A DNA stretch of 63,298 bases, filler included, from Neolecta irregularis DAH-3 (taxonomy: Eukaryota): NCBI GenBank assembly GCA_001929475.1. It is 5 parts of 5 records of this genome, joined end to end, with 100 filler letters (N's around TTAATTAATTAA, not from the genome) between each part and the next. Parts side by side here need not be neighbours in the genome. Positions count along the whole stretch, not along the records: positions 21,605 to 34,368 come from LXFE01004028.1; positions 34,469 to 39,588 come from LXFE01004029.1; 3 more parts are not named here. One strand, 5' to 3'. The position numbers and the translations under genes are program-made. The notes under the pieces are model-generated. The model searched no databases. It saw only the letters and a program-made list of their open reading frames with translations, and was not told the DNA's origin. Positions 26,527 through 39,688 of the stretch are shown piece after piece (position 1 is the stretch's first letter; each line of letters starts with the position of its first letter).

Positions 26527-27411
26527 CTAGAGTTTGAACTCTTTCTTGGGAAAAACGGTCAACTTGCTGGCTTCGTCATCTACAAACCAAGTAACACGGT
26601 CTCCTCCCATTTGGTTTACGAGAGACGCTGGCAAACCTTCATCTGGCGTTTCTAGCACTTTGACGAGTATATCTTGTTTTGACTAGATAATAAGAGGTCA
26701 TGCCCATAAGAGTCCCGTACCTGACCGGCTGCAACAAAAGCAATATTGTGAGCATGCGTTACGACCGTAAGAGTGAGTGTAATCCTTCGTGGAGGTGGCT
26801 TTGGTGAGTCTTCAATTGGTGAAACCCAAGCGATATTCTCTCTTAGCAGTTCATGATTAGGAAAAAGTGAACAAGTATGTCCATCAGGCCCCACTCCAAG
26901 AAGCATACAGTCAAATGCAGGGATCTTAACTGTCTCCTTTGCGGCAAAAACACGAACAAGATCTTTTTCGTAGACGTCGGCGAGTTCCTGGGTGTCATTC
27001 AAAAAGTTCTGATCGATGGCAAAAATTTGATCTCTTGGGATGGGGACTTTTGAGAACAAGGCGTCTTCTGCAAGCCTGTAATTACTGTCATGGTCATTCA
27101 AAGGAACAGCTCTTTCATCGGCGAAGAAGACGAACCTGGTGTATTAGCGTCAACCATATTTCAACAACAGAGGATGGATGGGCAAGAGTTGGTTGTGATT
27201 GCCTCAAAAGACAATTTACGCACCATTTATCCCATTCGATAGATTCATCTTCTACAATACCCTGAGCAAGTTGGCTTGGCAGACTTCCGCCGCTGAGAGC
27301 AATTGTGAATCTTCCACGAGCCTTGATGCTTTCACGGCTTGCTCTTTTGACATACTTTCCGAGAGCTGAGCAGAGAACATCTTTTTGTTTGAATGAATAT
27401 AAAGTCGGCAT
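26527..27411 (-). CDS. 6-phosphogluconolactonase (SOL family)
   Basis: FTIALSGGSLP, FADERAVP...DSNY, LLGVGPDGHTCSLFP, DSPKPPPRRITLT, VTWFVD. Confidence 0.93.
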
Positions 27412-27527
27412 TTGTGGCTTAGTAAGTTTGCGAAATATTACAGCTATAAACCGGTTGACTCGGCCTGTGACACAGCCCCTCCGGTGAGCACGTGCCATTC
27501 GACCGTCAAGTTATCCTTTTCTCCTGA

Positions 27528-28273
27528 ATGCTCAAACTGAGCCCGAAACGTCTGCCATTTTATAAGATACAGGAGCATACAAAACCAGTCCTAGAGTTAT
27601 ATAAGGCACTTTTGAGACACGCGAATCACATACCGATCGGCGGTTTGCATGCGAAAATAAAAAGCAAATTCCGCAGATACAAAGGAATTACAAGCCCCGC
27701 CAAGACTAGGGAGCTCCTCAAAGCAACATATGAAGTACATCTTGTAGAAAATATCACGTTGATGGCAAGGCAGAAGATACTTTACGACATGCCGCTCTCG
27801 GAAGCCTCACTTCATTAGCGAAAGTTCGTGAGAAGTATACGAAAACGAGAAGCCATGCTTTGACTTCTCCAGAAAAACTTCCCTCTCCAAAATGCTTTAC
27901 CTCTCCTCAGCCCACAATATTAAAAAAAGTCTCAGAATACAAAAATCGACCTTCAAAGAAGTTACGAATCAGTTATACTACCCTCGATGATCCTTTTGTT
28001 CGAGTGCCTCGGCAATCTGAAAAGATATCAATGATTTTAAATGCCCGAGCTGAAAAGAACGTTAAGAGAAACAATATTCGGGACAGGTTGGAGGAATTAA
28101 TACGAGACGGACAAATGGAAGATAGAATATCGAAACAGCTGGGTCAACCAGGTGGATGGTCAGTGGAAGCTTCACAACAGCTCACAGCCTTACATTCTCG
28201 CTTTAAACAGGAGAAAAAGAACAGACTTGAACGGGAGAAAAGATACAGAGCTAAATGGAACATTGACTCATGA
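27528..28273 (+). CDS. LYR-motif (Complex1_LYR-like) mitochondrial protein
   Basis: LYKALLRHA...IKSKFRRYK near the N-terminus; one intron at about 27735-27769. Confidence 0.65.
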
Positions 28274-28417
28274 TGAGGAATATTTCTCCAAATTGAATAA
28301 TGTTTGGGAACATTATCAGCCATGCAATCAATGAATACAAATAATATATAGCCTGTTTGAACCCACGACAATGTACACTTAGATAACGATCCAAAATACT
28401 TTTGGCTTTGGCGTATG

Positions 28418-30342
28418 TCAGGAAGGTTTCTTCAGTAAATTCCAATTGATAGACTCAAACCCTCCGTAAGCATCCAACGCATTTGTAATCTCCCTTGATA
28501 CTTCTCGCAGTGTTTGGATCTGTTCGATAGTTTCAAAGGCCGCAGAGGCCTGTGGTGTGTTCAAGAATTCCGGACATCCGCGCAATGCAGTCAATGAATC
28601 ACTCACCATCTGCCATGCTTGCGGGTTCCTGGAGGCATCAGTTGCTAGCTTAACGGCAAGGTAAAGTGTTCCGATTAGAGGCGTTGTGAAAATCCACATT
28701 TGACCAAACCAGCGAAATAGCCCGAGCTCATCTCGGCGCCGATAGAAAGCAAGGAAGGTCCTCACACTTCGACGAGACGCTTCGAGGGCGCGACGTTTTG
28801 ATAAATGGGTTGATGTCGATGACGTGTATGGTAAGTGTAGCGACAACAGAGCCCGATTCCAAGCCATCTCTATGGTAATCTGTTGCCACAAAATCAAGGG
28901 ATCGCTGATAAGGAGATCCTGATCGGAGGTTATATGTAGCCACGGTGAAGCCATTTCATATGCTTTGTTTGCATCTTCATCAAGTTTTTTAATGATGGTA
29001 TACGAAGGGGGTATCAATGCAAATAAATTTTGATGTGTACGACCCCACATAAGGAATATAGTGTTGAAAGCTTCCATCCACTGGAATCGTCGGACATTAC
29101 TCTCACCTTCACCATCAAACAAAGGATCATAGGTTGGAAAACGGGTATCAGTATCGAATTCGTTAATATGAGTTGGAAGGCCTTCATGCCAAGCATTTGT
29201 GATATCCCATAGGCGGACTTGCATCCAAAGTCGACGTCTCCACTCTGCTTCAATTTGAGATACAGGAAACATAGATGGATCTCTATGGAGACTATGCCAT
29301 TAGCGAGGATTAAGGCATAGCAAAAACCCTAGAGTTTGAGACATGCTTACAATGCATCCATTGCTGAACCATAATTGTGCTGTAATCTTTAGTACAAAGA
29401 GAGAAACAAGATATACAGGATGATATAATGTCGCTGTTCAATTGATATAGGAGAAGTGCCAGTACAGCATCCAAGTCATAATTGTCCAAACCCCCTCCCA
29501 GAAACAAGCAGTAGCGTATAGCATCCTGTAGCCTTCGCCGTAAATTTACTCGAGATGAGCCGAGCGAAGTTATTATGGACACCAATTCCGGAATGTCATC
29601 ATTAGGGTATGACCGAAGCGAAACACATATTATCCCAAAAAGCGAAGCGATCCAGTGCGAGGATGCTCTACGGGTAGCCCAATATGTCTCATACTCTTGC
29701 TGGAATTGAGGCCGTATCAGTTGTGTAATAAGCGGGTTTATAATAAAATAGCGTGCAAAAAGAAGATCCACGGCTCCTCTGACTGGAAGTATCGAGTCCA
29801 CAAATTCATTTAGTCTTTCCAAAGTAATCCCAAACCATTGGTCTTCATTGCCAGTTCTTGAAACAGGAGCCGATAGGATCTGCAGTTCTGGTCTGATCTG
29901 CGTATATCAGCCAAGTCGTTTATCAATGCAGGCCCACATGTTTTGCTACTGCACTTTTGTTTCCATGGTATTTGCACTGGCCATTTAAGAATGTAAGATC
30001 GCCTAGTGATCGTATGGCATCATTTGCCAATTCTTGTGCATCATTAGGACAAAACTCTGCTTGTTCTACTGTTCCGGATTTCCGTGGAGAAGAGGATAAA
30101 GATCGAATCTTAGTCGTCTTGCTTGATTGAGTTGTTAGGCCATTCTGAATATCTAAGGCTTCAAAAGAAATCCTATTCGACATCAGCAAAACTCCACCAC
30201 ATGCTTACCCTTCTTCGTAAATGCATGCATTACCTCTCATACGACAATTAGAACATGGAATACCTCTGTCGCATTTCGATTTTCGAAGGCGGCAGCTCTT
30301 GCAACTCAAGATTGGGCGTCGTTTATTATTTTGAGAAGTCAT
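28418..30342 (-). CDS. Zn(II)2Cys6 transcription factor with fungal-specific TF domain
   Basis: Exon 1 MTSQNNKRRPILSCKSCRLRKSKCDRGIPCSNCRMRGNACIYEE; later LHRDPS and EAEWRRRLW motifs. Confidence 0.92.
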
Positions 30343-31414
30343 AAAAGGCAGAAGCTTCGGCTTTGTGGAGTCCACGGTTAAATAGCTAAATAGACTGGAA
30401 GGTCTAAATTAGCGCTGCAATTTATTTGATGCTAGTGCAATGCCATCTTTTGTAGAGAAAAGAAGTCTTGCATAATTTTAGTACGAGATAAGGTTCTGAT
30501 AAACGACCTCGAAAGAGCATTAAGTAGTAATCTTCAATTTATCATTTATGGTATAATGGGATATCCGTTACTCTAGATGTAACAGCATCGAGTATGAGAA
30601 CCTTGCGTAAATACATGAAAATCGGTAAAGATATCACTCGAGATGATTTTGTTGTATTCGTGACTCTTTTTATCCGATGATAAGGGTTGATTAGCTCACG
30701 GACATCCGCTCTATCTAGAGAAAGTCATTGGGTCGTCTCCCGATTGATTTAAATACCCAGACTTTCACGTATACAATCTGTGCAGAATGATACATGAAAG
30801 ATCCATGTCATAGAACGAGCTAGTTGCTCATATATCCGTCCTCATAAGAACCAATCCGGTGTTTCGTCTTTAGTGCGCGTCAATCTGGATTCTATTTCGA
30901 ATTCGGTGTTTGACAAAGCATGATGCTCTTGCCATAGAGTCGACATGGAGCCATGGCCCACAACCGGTGTTGACATTTACTACCTCAATGCTCGGGTTTA
31001 TGTTGCAGTTCGAAGTATTGATAATTCTGAATGAATGAATATCATTGCCGTAGAGAACTTTCTATTGTTTTCTTGCGCCCTTTGATCGGCCCTTTAGGTT
31101 TGCAATATCCAAGTTTTTCTAGAGAAAAGTGGGATTATCGGCCTAGAATGAATGCAAGCATTAAAGGCAGGCTCAAATGCATTCAATGTTTAGCGGTGGA
31201 GTCGGTAAATTTAGTGTGGCAATTTTTCCTGTGTTGTGCAACCATGAACAGCTTGGGAAACAGCTATGTGAAGTTTGATCAAGCAAGACGGAAAAAGCGA
31301 CTTCAGTCGTTGGTGTGCCGTAAGCTGAGACTATGAAACGGAAAGGACTAAGGCTGAACCACCAACGTAAGTGAACCGACCCCCATCCCCAAACAGTTTC
31401 TACATTCAAGCATT

Positions 31415-31875
31415 ATGAATCCAAACGAACAGCTTGACGATGTTCCTCCTCGAAACTCTCTTCAAGATGCCGTTATGAATGATCCGGAAAATTTACACAA
31501 TATACCTTCAATCCCAGATCCTCAGGGAAATTGTAATATTCCGCCACCTCCTCTAAAATCGACATCCAAACCTGATGTACAGGACGTCAAGATGGAATGT
31601 GTATGCATTTGCACTCCTGCTTGTACTTAAACCCAGACTGCTTCTACACACCAAGTTGGGCCTTCTAAAATCACGCCTAATCAGGTTTTGGAAGCCGCTC
31701 CGGTAAGAAGCTACTTGAATCAAAAGGTCACACCTGTGCTTCTGGATGGGATGAGAATCCTTGCAAAAGAACAGTATGCTATATAGGCAAGGATATATTG
31801 ATCAATAGACCACCGAACCCATTAGAGCGACTGGGACAATACTTGATTGAACGAGGAAGAAATCAGGATTCATGA
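31415..31875 (+). CDS. COMPASS subunit Sdc1/Dpy-30
   Basis: APVRSYLNQKVTPVLLDGMRILAKEQ|PPNPLERLGQYL (Dpy-30 motif); two introns. Confidence 0.85.
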
Positions 31876-31962
31876 AAATAGCGCTCAAACAAGAGGGCGT
31901 TATGTACAATATTGTTAGACGTGAACGAAATGTATTTGTTGGATATACACAGAATACATAAT

Positions 31963-32627
31963 CTAGGCGATTTGAGCAGCAGCAGTAGCCGCTTCACTGA
32001 CACAAATTAGCAAAAGATCAACAGCTCACAACATACTATTTGAAAGTTGGAGCAATGGCGCCAGTGGTTTTGTAGTATCGGGCCAATCTGTGAATTCGAG
32101 ATTCAATGAGAATCAATCTGAATTTTGCGTCCTTGTCTTTGCGGTTTCGTTCAAGATGGCCTCGGACAGCAAGGGCCTATGATACATCAATATATGAGAA
32201 GAATATTTACTACCTTTTTCATAAGATTGTAAAGATCCTCTGGGAGCTTTGAAACAATTCCTAATCACTTTGTCAGTCTTTTGAACCGAACAAAGGCTTA
32301 GTCGATGAACGTACCGTTCATTTTCAGGAGACGGACAATCTTGTTGCCTTGAAATTAGATTTGTCAAGTGTTTAATTGGGTATACCAGTGACATTTTTCA
32401 CTTGAGCGATCCCGTGCGAATCCCGAAGGACTACGCCAATTTGCGAAGGAGCAAGACCCTTCTTCGAATATTTGATAATTTGCTCGACCACTTCATCAGG
32501 AGAGGTCTTGAGCCAAGACGGAGGCTTTCGAGAGTAAGGCAAGGCCGAAGCGGCCATGCCTTTACCTTTGCTGTGCATTCGACTAGAAACATTGGAAATG
32601 AACATCAAAAATATAGAGATACCCCAT
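31963..32627 (-). CDS. RPS13: 40S ribosomal protein S13 (uS15)
   Basis: [27 protein letters not shown]...[17 protein letters not shown]...[22 protein letters not shown]. Confidence 0.97.
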
Positions 32628-33021
32628 AGCTGTATATGTTTGGTGAGTAACGAAACGTTTTTGGCGTGGTGGTGAGCGTTGGAGATAGGACCGTCAATCA
32701 AATTTGTGACCTTTGAAAACCTAATTAGGGGACATTGGATGCAACCTCGGCATCATTTGGCATTCCTACGTCAGATCATATATGTCATAAAATCAGGAAT
32801 TCAAGTTCGTAATGCAGGCAAACCTCCAAATACTTATCATTAGCCATCGCAGGATCTTGAGGGACCATACATTCCAATATGTCGTCCCTCATTGCTTCCC
32901 ATTCTTAATTCGATGACAGCCACAATTGTTCACATATCGTGAATACCAATGACTGCTGCAAACGAATTTTAAAAGCGTGAGAATCCTCCTCTTTCGCACC
33001 ATTCTTCATCACATTTTCACA

Positions 33022-33589
33022 ATGTCAACTCTTTTAGAACAAATCACTGCTAGTACTCCTGTGTAATACTTACATCTTGCAAGCCAATGCTTAAATCTAG
33101 TTCTAAATGGGTTGAGTTTACTGCATTGACTGAAGCGCCTGTAAATGGGACTAATTCAATCGACATTACTCGCACTTTTGCATTTATCTTTTGCGTCATA
33201 GCTATAAGCATTGGCGTGGGTGAGACCTTTTTCTACCTTGCGCTTAACTGACTGATCAAGTGATGAGTATTGCCATGACCGTTCTCCGTGCCTCTCCACG
33301 GCAATCCTTTTATAAAACATCCCCAGAGGGACCTTTCGACCTCGAAGAAAATTCATGGTATTTAGAACAGCAGTATCGCTCCGACCCGGTTCGAATTTCT
33401 TTACCTCAACCACCATGTTCTATTTATTTGAATCATGAGAAACTTCCGCGTGATGGACCTATAGGTTTAACATTGACGTCTGTTATTTTCGCACCTCCAG
33501 CGTACACTCTGAACGATTCTGAATTGCCAGGCTACCCTTTGGCGAGGCCTTTAGAAGAGCTGGTGGATGACTCAGAGGAAGATTTATAA
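33022..33589 (+). CDS. Hypothetical small protein, possibly membrane-anchored
   Basis: ATG at 33022, intron-like segments, a hydrophobic stretch and a last exon with PPAY and an acidic end. Confidence 0.4.
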
Positions 33590-33997
33590 AGGATGGCATT
33601 CATGTAGATTATACATTTGGTTAGAACGCTGGACATCAGATTTATTAAGGAATCATTGATGAATCTGCAACGTACGATTCTAAGTAAGGCCGAAATCAAG
33701 CATATTTTGCGACTGTGAAAAGTACTGCGAGATTTCATTAATGCCTTTTATAAGTGCATCGGATTGATCATCTGTGCAGTGAAATTCGTCTATAAATCAA
33801 AGCGAATTCAATATCTTTGACAAAACATCTCATACTAGCTAGCTAAGACTACTCCCGTCATTGCTATTTCCGTCGTTTATATCGAGACTAGGTTATGCCA
33901 CGTTGATATAATCGACATGCTCTATAGAATATATGAAGCCAAGCCACTATTCCTGATCGTGGTTCCCAGGTGTGATATTTAAAAATACCGTTAAGCA

Positions 33998-34180
33998 TGT
34001 GGAACGAAAATGATATTGCAATTTTTTGCCATGTCTCTGGTTTGGCTTTTCCTTTGGTCAAAGTCTAGATTTCTATAACCGACGAGGCTATTTCTATTTC
34101 CTATAAGTAGACCTGTAGCTGCTTGCTTGCTACAATTGCAGCCTGGTTCGAATAAGACCAGGTTTATTATACTAGCCTGA
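33998..34180 (+). mobile_element. Partial LTR, family C
   Basis: Shares GAAAATGATAT, TGGCTTTTCCTTT.GTCA.AGTCTAG.TTTCTATAACCGAC and GTAGACCTGTAG.TGCTTGCTTG with 2885-3131; cut by a gap. Confidence 0.7.
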
Positions 34181-34468
34181 NNNNNNNNNNTAGCCCATAC
34201 AATTAAATGGCAACCCCGATTTTACAGAACGCTATTGATCATGTTCCAAAAAACCGAGAGAACTTCACTTAAAAAACAAAGAGGCCTTAGGCTGTTCAAA
34301 ATGGCTTGTAGTCTCCGATTCTATGTTGTAATGACACATCTTTGTTTCCAGATCATGGAAGACTAGACNNNNNNNNNNNNNNNNNNNNNNNNNNNNNNNN
34401 NNNNNNNNNNNNTTAATTAATTAANNNNNNNNNNNNNNNNNNNNNNNNNNNNNNNNNNNNNNNNNNNN

Positions 34469-34718
34469 GGCGGCCCTCCATCTCGCGGTACGTCAGGAAG
34501 CTGCCGCTGACCCTGCTCGCGCTCCAGCTCTTGCCGTCCGTCCACCGCCGCATGCCCGCCTCGCGCTCGTCCCACACAAACACGCTGCCCGCCCGGATCG
34601 CGCTGCGCTCCTTCTCGCTCAGCCGCCGCTGCACCCGCCCCAGCACCCGCGCCCGGCAGGCCTCAAACACCACCAGCGCGTCCTGCGGCGTGCGGATGTG
34701 TCCGTAGTACGTCTCCAT
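34469..34718 (-). CDS. Gti1/Pac2 (WOPR) family regulator, Pac2-like (3' truncated)
   Basis: METYYGHIRTPQDALVVFEAC...RRLSEKERSAIRAGSVFVWDEREAGMRRWTDGKSWSASRVSGSFLTYREME. Confidence 0.93.
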
Positions 34719-35559
34719 GGCGGCGGTGGGGCGAGCCACGCGCGGCTTCTTATATCGCTATCCGCCCTGTCTCAGCCCGCGATCAGCCTCTAGAGTATCC
34801 ACTGCCTGCGCCCGAGCCTCCGCCTGCTCCCAAGCCTCTGCCTGCTCCCGAGTCGATGCCCTGGTGCCCTGCCTGATGCCCGCTCCCGAGTCTGTCCCTC
34901 CCCTCCCTCCTGCCTCCCTCCTGCCTCCCTCCTGCCTCCCTCCTGCTCCACTCCTGTCTCACCCAGAGACATCCATTTAAGCCGCCCGTTGCTGCATTCA
35001 ACACCCTTTGTGTCCAATTTAGCTAGCGTGGGATCCGTCGATCCCCATCCATGCCATCCTCAATCTTAATCCGCAGTCCTATCACCCATGCCGGCCTCCC
35101 CAAATAGATAGTTTGCCGCATTCTAATTATTAATCAGAATCTCGTGCCTTCCACGCCTCCTGATCCCTGCAAATATAAGCTTGCTTGCACCAAATGATGT
35201 CACCTCTGTCCTGGCACTATAATCTGAGACCAATCGACACGGCCTATCAAGACTAATCAGCCACTGAGACTATGACATGGCCTATCGTACAATCATCGAT
35301 GGCCTATCAGCGACTGAGACTATAATCATCGACTGGCAATAATCATCGACTGAGACTTTATCATCAACTTTTATTAATCTCGTCTGAGACTATAATTATC
35401 GACCTATAGTCAAGTCCTGAGACTAGGCATCGACAGCAAGCGCCACTGGATCCACCTGAAACATCAATATTAAATTTAAACAATGAGATAGAAATTAGCG
35501 TGTTCAAATCAAATGTCGGCTTGCATTACTTATCTTTATTATTCTCGTTCATCATTTGA

Positions 35560-35990
35560 TTGATATTGATATGATATTGATATTGATATTATTGATAGCA
35601 TTGACATAAATATTGATTCATTGACTTACATGATTGATTGACTGACTGATTGACTGATTACTGATTGACTGACTGATGATTGACTGATTGATGATTGATG
35701 ATTGATAGATTACTGACTGACTGATGATTGACTGACTGATGACTGACTGATTACTGACTGACTGATGACTGACTGACTGATGATTGACTGACTGATGATA
35801 TCACTCCATTGGCATACTCAATTTCAATATCNNNNNNNNNNCTGATTGACTGACTGATTGACTGATTACTGATTGACTGATTGACTGACTGACTGATGAT
35901 TGACTGACTGATTGACTGACTGACTGACTGATGATTGACTGATTACTGATTGATGACTGACTGACTGACTGATGATTGACTGACTGATGA
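35560..35990. repeat. Compound (GACT)n/(GAT)n/(GATT)n microsatellite
   Basis: Directly visible; interrupted by a 10-N gap. Confidence 0.95.
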
Positions 35991-38478
35991 TATCACTCCA
36001 TTGGCATACTCAATTTCAATATCCCCCAGATCCCTTATATCTTCCAATATCGAATCCACAAGATCTGACGTCACTTTAACCCAACAAACCACATACCTTT
36101 AACACAACTTCCTTTCTTCCCCTTGCATAACCCCATAAATTCCTTCTTGAGAACCCCTGCCCGCCTAAAATCGTGAAAATCTAAATCTTGACCAAATTTA
36201 CCATAAATCAAGCTTGTTACATTTAGCAAGTGTTTCCCAAGGAACATCAGACAGCGTCGTCGCGCCACAATTAGCGACACTAGCTCGTCTAGCTACACAT
36301 TACAAAAACGTGGACTTGCATGTTTAGCAGGTTAATTTTATCACCCAATAACATCGCGGTATTCGGATTCTTTGTCTCGGCCCGCAAAAGAGGCTTTCCG
36401 CTGACAAGGGATTGCTAAATACCATTGGCTCAGAAACGTCGATCAGCATACCAGTATTCTAGACCGCTGATGGTGGGTCCGGCCTTCCATGTTCTTCCAC
36501 TTGAATGCACATTGCAACTTGCTCCGCTTCCCGCCCATCCGCTCACTCACAACGTTCCACGGTATGTCAAGAACACTGTACGTTTGAAGCAAGTCCGCCA
36601 CAATCCCAGACAGTTGTTGCAACTCCCCGCCAGTCCATGCACCCATCTTTTGAGTACCGCGGTGCTTGACATAGTTTCGGTACCGGTCTCTGACATCTTC
36701 AGACCGTCGATCAATCTCAACTCCAATAAGCCGCCACCTTCTTCCGTGCTCCATAACAAGCCTAGACACATCACGACAATATACTAATCCCTTACTGCTC
36801 AAGCTGATCATCTTCCTCACGAGTCCACACAGCAGTCTTTCGATGCGGATGGTAATTGCGTCGTATAAACGCCCTCAACCGCGGTTTCGCTCTCAGAGGC
36901 AGCCGCTCCGCTAAAATCAACCACATACACCCCCAGACATACACAATTCGCCCAGAAATGCTCGACAAAGTCGACGATTCATGCCATACATCATCTCCAC
37001 AAATTGGTCCCGGTTCATTCCATGTTGCTGCCATTAAAAACGCAAGTAACCACATATACCAGCTCCCAGTCTTGAATACACCGCTCAACTATCGCCCGCT
37101 CTTCTTTGTTATACTGGCCTTCATAGTACCCGCCCACCTTCACTCTCCCATCATTACCCGCTTCCCCGGAAAAAAGCGAATACGCACGTAACCGGACTCC
37201 ATTCGCAGGTCGATTCAATCGAGTTCCTTCGCATTAGTCTCAAATCGCACCATAGAAACCTATAGATCGAAGCAGGTCCAGTGTATCCCCCGTAACCAGA
37301 AATTTTAAAAGGTCTTCTCCACAGTCGTGCTGTTTCATGTATTTTTTAAACGAGGATACGATTTCGTCGTCTTCCTTTTCAAGGTACCGCCTATTCAACG
37401 TTTTCGTAGGATTGAAAGAGGTGCCAACTCGATTATCCGGAATTTCAGTAGTTTCGTCAAGTTTAGCCTTTTTTCGAGGTCGTTGGTCTTGTTTATCGCG
37501 AGATTCAGAATCGGATATACTACCGCTTTTATCCGATGTATCAATGTAGAGATCGGTTTTGTCAGATGTAATATCGAGATCGGTTTTGTCAGATGTAATG
37601 TCGAGATCGGTTTTGTCAGATGTATCAAGACCTTGTAATGGTGACGATTGCTGTAATGTAAGTTGAGGTCTCAGCTTTTGTCTAGAGATTGAATTTTGCC
37701 CTATTGGATTGGCTTGTCCGGAATTGGCTTGTATTGGAGTATTGGCAGATGAATCGATTTGATCAATCTCTTCTTGATTAAAATGTTGACCCGGTGTGAC
37801 AGCCCATGGCGTCTTGGTTAGCGAATGCTTCTGGGTTCCCAGAGGTATAACCGGCGACGTAGAAGATTCGATCTCAGGATATTCCTCGATAACCAACTTT
37901 GATAAAACTTTATCTGGCGTCTTATATTTCACAGTCTTCATCCGTGCCGAATTCTTAGGACCGATGACCCCTGTCTTTCTGATCCTTTGATCGTTCGGAT
38001 GTGCTATCCTCGTAGGTGTGGGAAAAACATCCTGGTCAGACATGCCATTGTCCCGTTCTCCGTGTTGTTCCAGCTTGTCCTCCCGTTCTCTGTATTGTTT
38101 NNNNNNNNNNTCTGTCTTTCTGATCCTTTGATCGTTCGGATGTGCTATCCTCGTAGGTGTAGGAAAAACATCCTCGTCAGACATGCCATTGTCCCGTTCT
38201 CCGTGTTGTTCCAGCTTGTCCTCCCGTTCTCTGTATTGTTTTGGTTGTACTTGTTCAACTTCCAGTACCTGGGAATCCGGTATAACCTCTTTTTGTCCCC
38301 TGTCCCTCTTTTTACGTCTCTTCTTCAATTTACGATCGGCCAGCCCATCTTCCTCTCGTTTACGGGGCTTGCTGTTTGATAAATCTTTCTCCATACCCGC
38401 CTTTTTTTTGGACGATTTTTTATGGTTGTGCTTCTTCTTACGAGAAGAGCTGAATTCTTTTGATATCACTCCATTCAT
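35943..38478 (-). CDS. Myb/SANT DNA-binding protein, Reb1/Nsi1/TTF1-like
   Basis: Basic low-complexity N-terminal exon, then Myb repeats WTREEDDQL..GRRWRLIG..DRRSEDVRDRYRNY..GAWTGGE..IPWNVVSERMGGKRSKLQCAFKW. The 3' end is inferred from manual splicing. Confidence 0.8.
37549..37625 (-). repeat. 27-bp coding tandem repeat (TSDKTDLDI x3)
   Basis: GAGATCGGTTTTGTCAGATGTA occurs three times. Confidence 0.9.
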
Positions 38479-39039
38479 TTGAAGTTTAGGGTTAGAGAGT
38501 GAGGTTGATTTCGCACCTTAAATATTTCTAAAGGTGCGTTCGCCAGCCACTATTTTGACCAAAATATAACGTTGACGTAATTTTCCATATTCCATAATAA
38601 CGTTGCGTTCAGCAACATAACTATTCCAACTTCAGATATACGGCTTAGAAACGCGAGAAAAAATACAGATCTGGCAAGTGTGCGTCTGCAGTCACTATTT
38701 TCATCTAAATATAACTGCATCGTGGAAGTTTGGCCAATATGAATATCTCGTTGTGTTAGATGAGTCCGCAAATCCCGATATTTTTATGGAAATTTGTCAG
38801 CATATTGGACAATAAAAACACTCTTCAACCAAAACAACCATTTTATTTCAATTACACCTATAAATGAATATAGCACTACTTCAATAAGCAAATCTATCAC
38901 TACTGCCAAACATCATGCCACTGCTGTGCACCGTTGTACACCGGGTGATCATATACCCCAAATTATATAACATTGACAAAACAATGACCTCAGCCCCATT
39001 TATAGTGTGGGCTCCATTGAGACTTTGTGGAGATTGGAG

Positions 39040-39370
39040 GGGCAGGGAGGTAATGGGCGAGGAGGGCGGGGCGATAACGGCCAAGGAGGGTGGAGCAGTA
39101 ACGGGCAAGGAGGACGAGGCAGGATGAAGAGGGTGAGCGGTAATTGGTGAGGCGGGCAGGCGGTAGGAGGGCGGGGCGATAACGGCCAAGGACGGTAGAG
39201 CAATAACGGGCGAGGAGGGCGGGGCGATAACGGCCAAGGAGGGCAGAGTGATAACGGGAGAGGAGGGTGGGTCGGGATGAGGAGGGCGGGCGATAACGGG
39301 CGAGGAGGACGAGTGATAACGGGCGAGTGATAACGGGCGAGGAGGGCGGGTCGTGATGAGGAGGGCGAGC
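39040..39370. repeat. Degenerate G-rich ~21/42-bp minisatellite
   Basis: Units such as GAGGAGGGCGGGGCGATAACGGCCAAGGA; nine TAACGG cores. Confidence 0.85.
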
Positions 39371-39688
39371 GGTAGTTTGCATTTAGCCCTGAATGTTTCA
39401 AGACCTTGACGAACCATGGACTCAAGCTCAGCAATTTTGTAAACTCAATAAAAACGAGACATGCAGTAGATTCTTTCAGTTTTTCAATGAATTGTATTGG
39501 GGAGTTAGATTGTTGTTGACTCCACCCAACTTTTTATTGATTTTTAGAAGATTACAAGCAAATTGCGGGGAAGCCTATCAGATCAGCCNNNNNNNNNNNN
39601 NNNNNNNNNNNNNNNNNNNNNNNNNNNNNNNNTTAATTAATTAANNNNNNNNNNNNNNNNNNNNNNNNNNNNNNNNNNNNNNNNNNNN

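Noticed and set aside
37971-38240. Apparent ~130-bp tandem duplication in the Myb gene (similar cases at 12444-12720 and 35760-36021)
   Set aside because: Each pair straddles a 10-N gap and differs by a few bases, most likely unmerged overlapping contig ends or haplotypes.
38881-39434. Pro/Arg-rich ORFs on the minus strand
   Set aside because: Translations of the minisatellite in all three frames; no coding signal.
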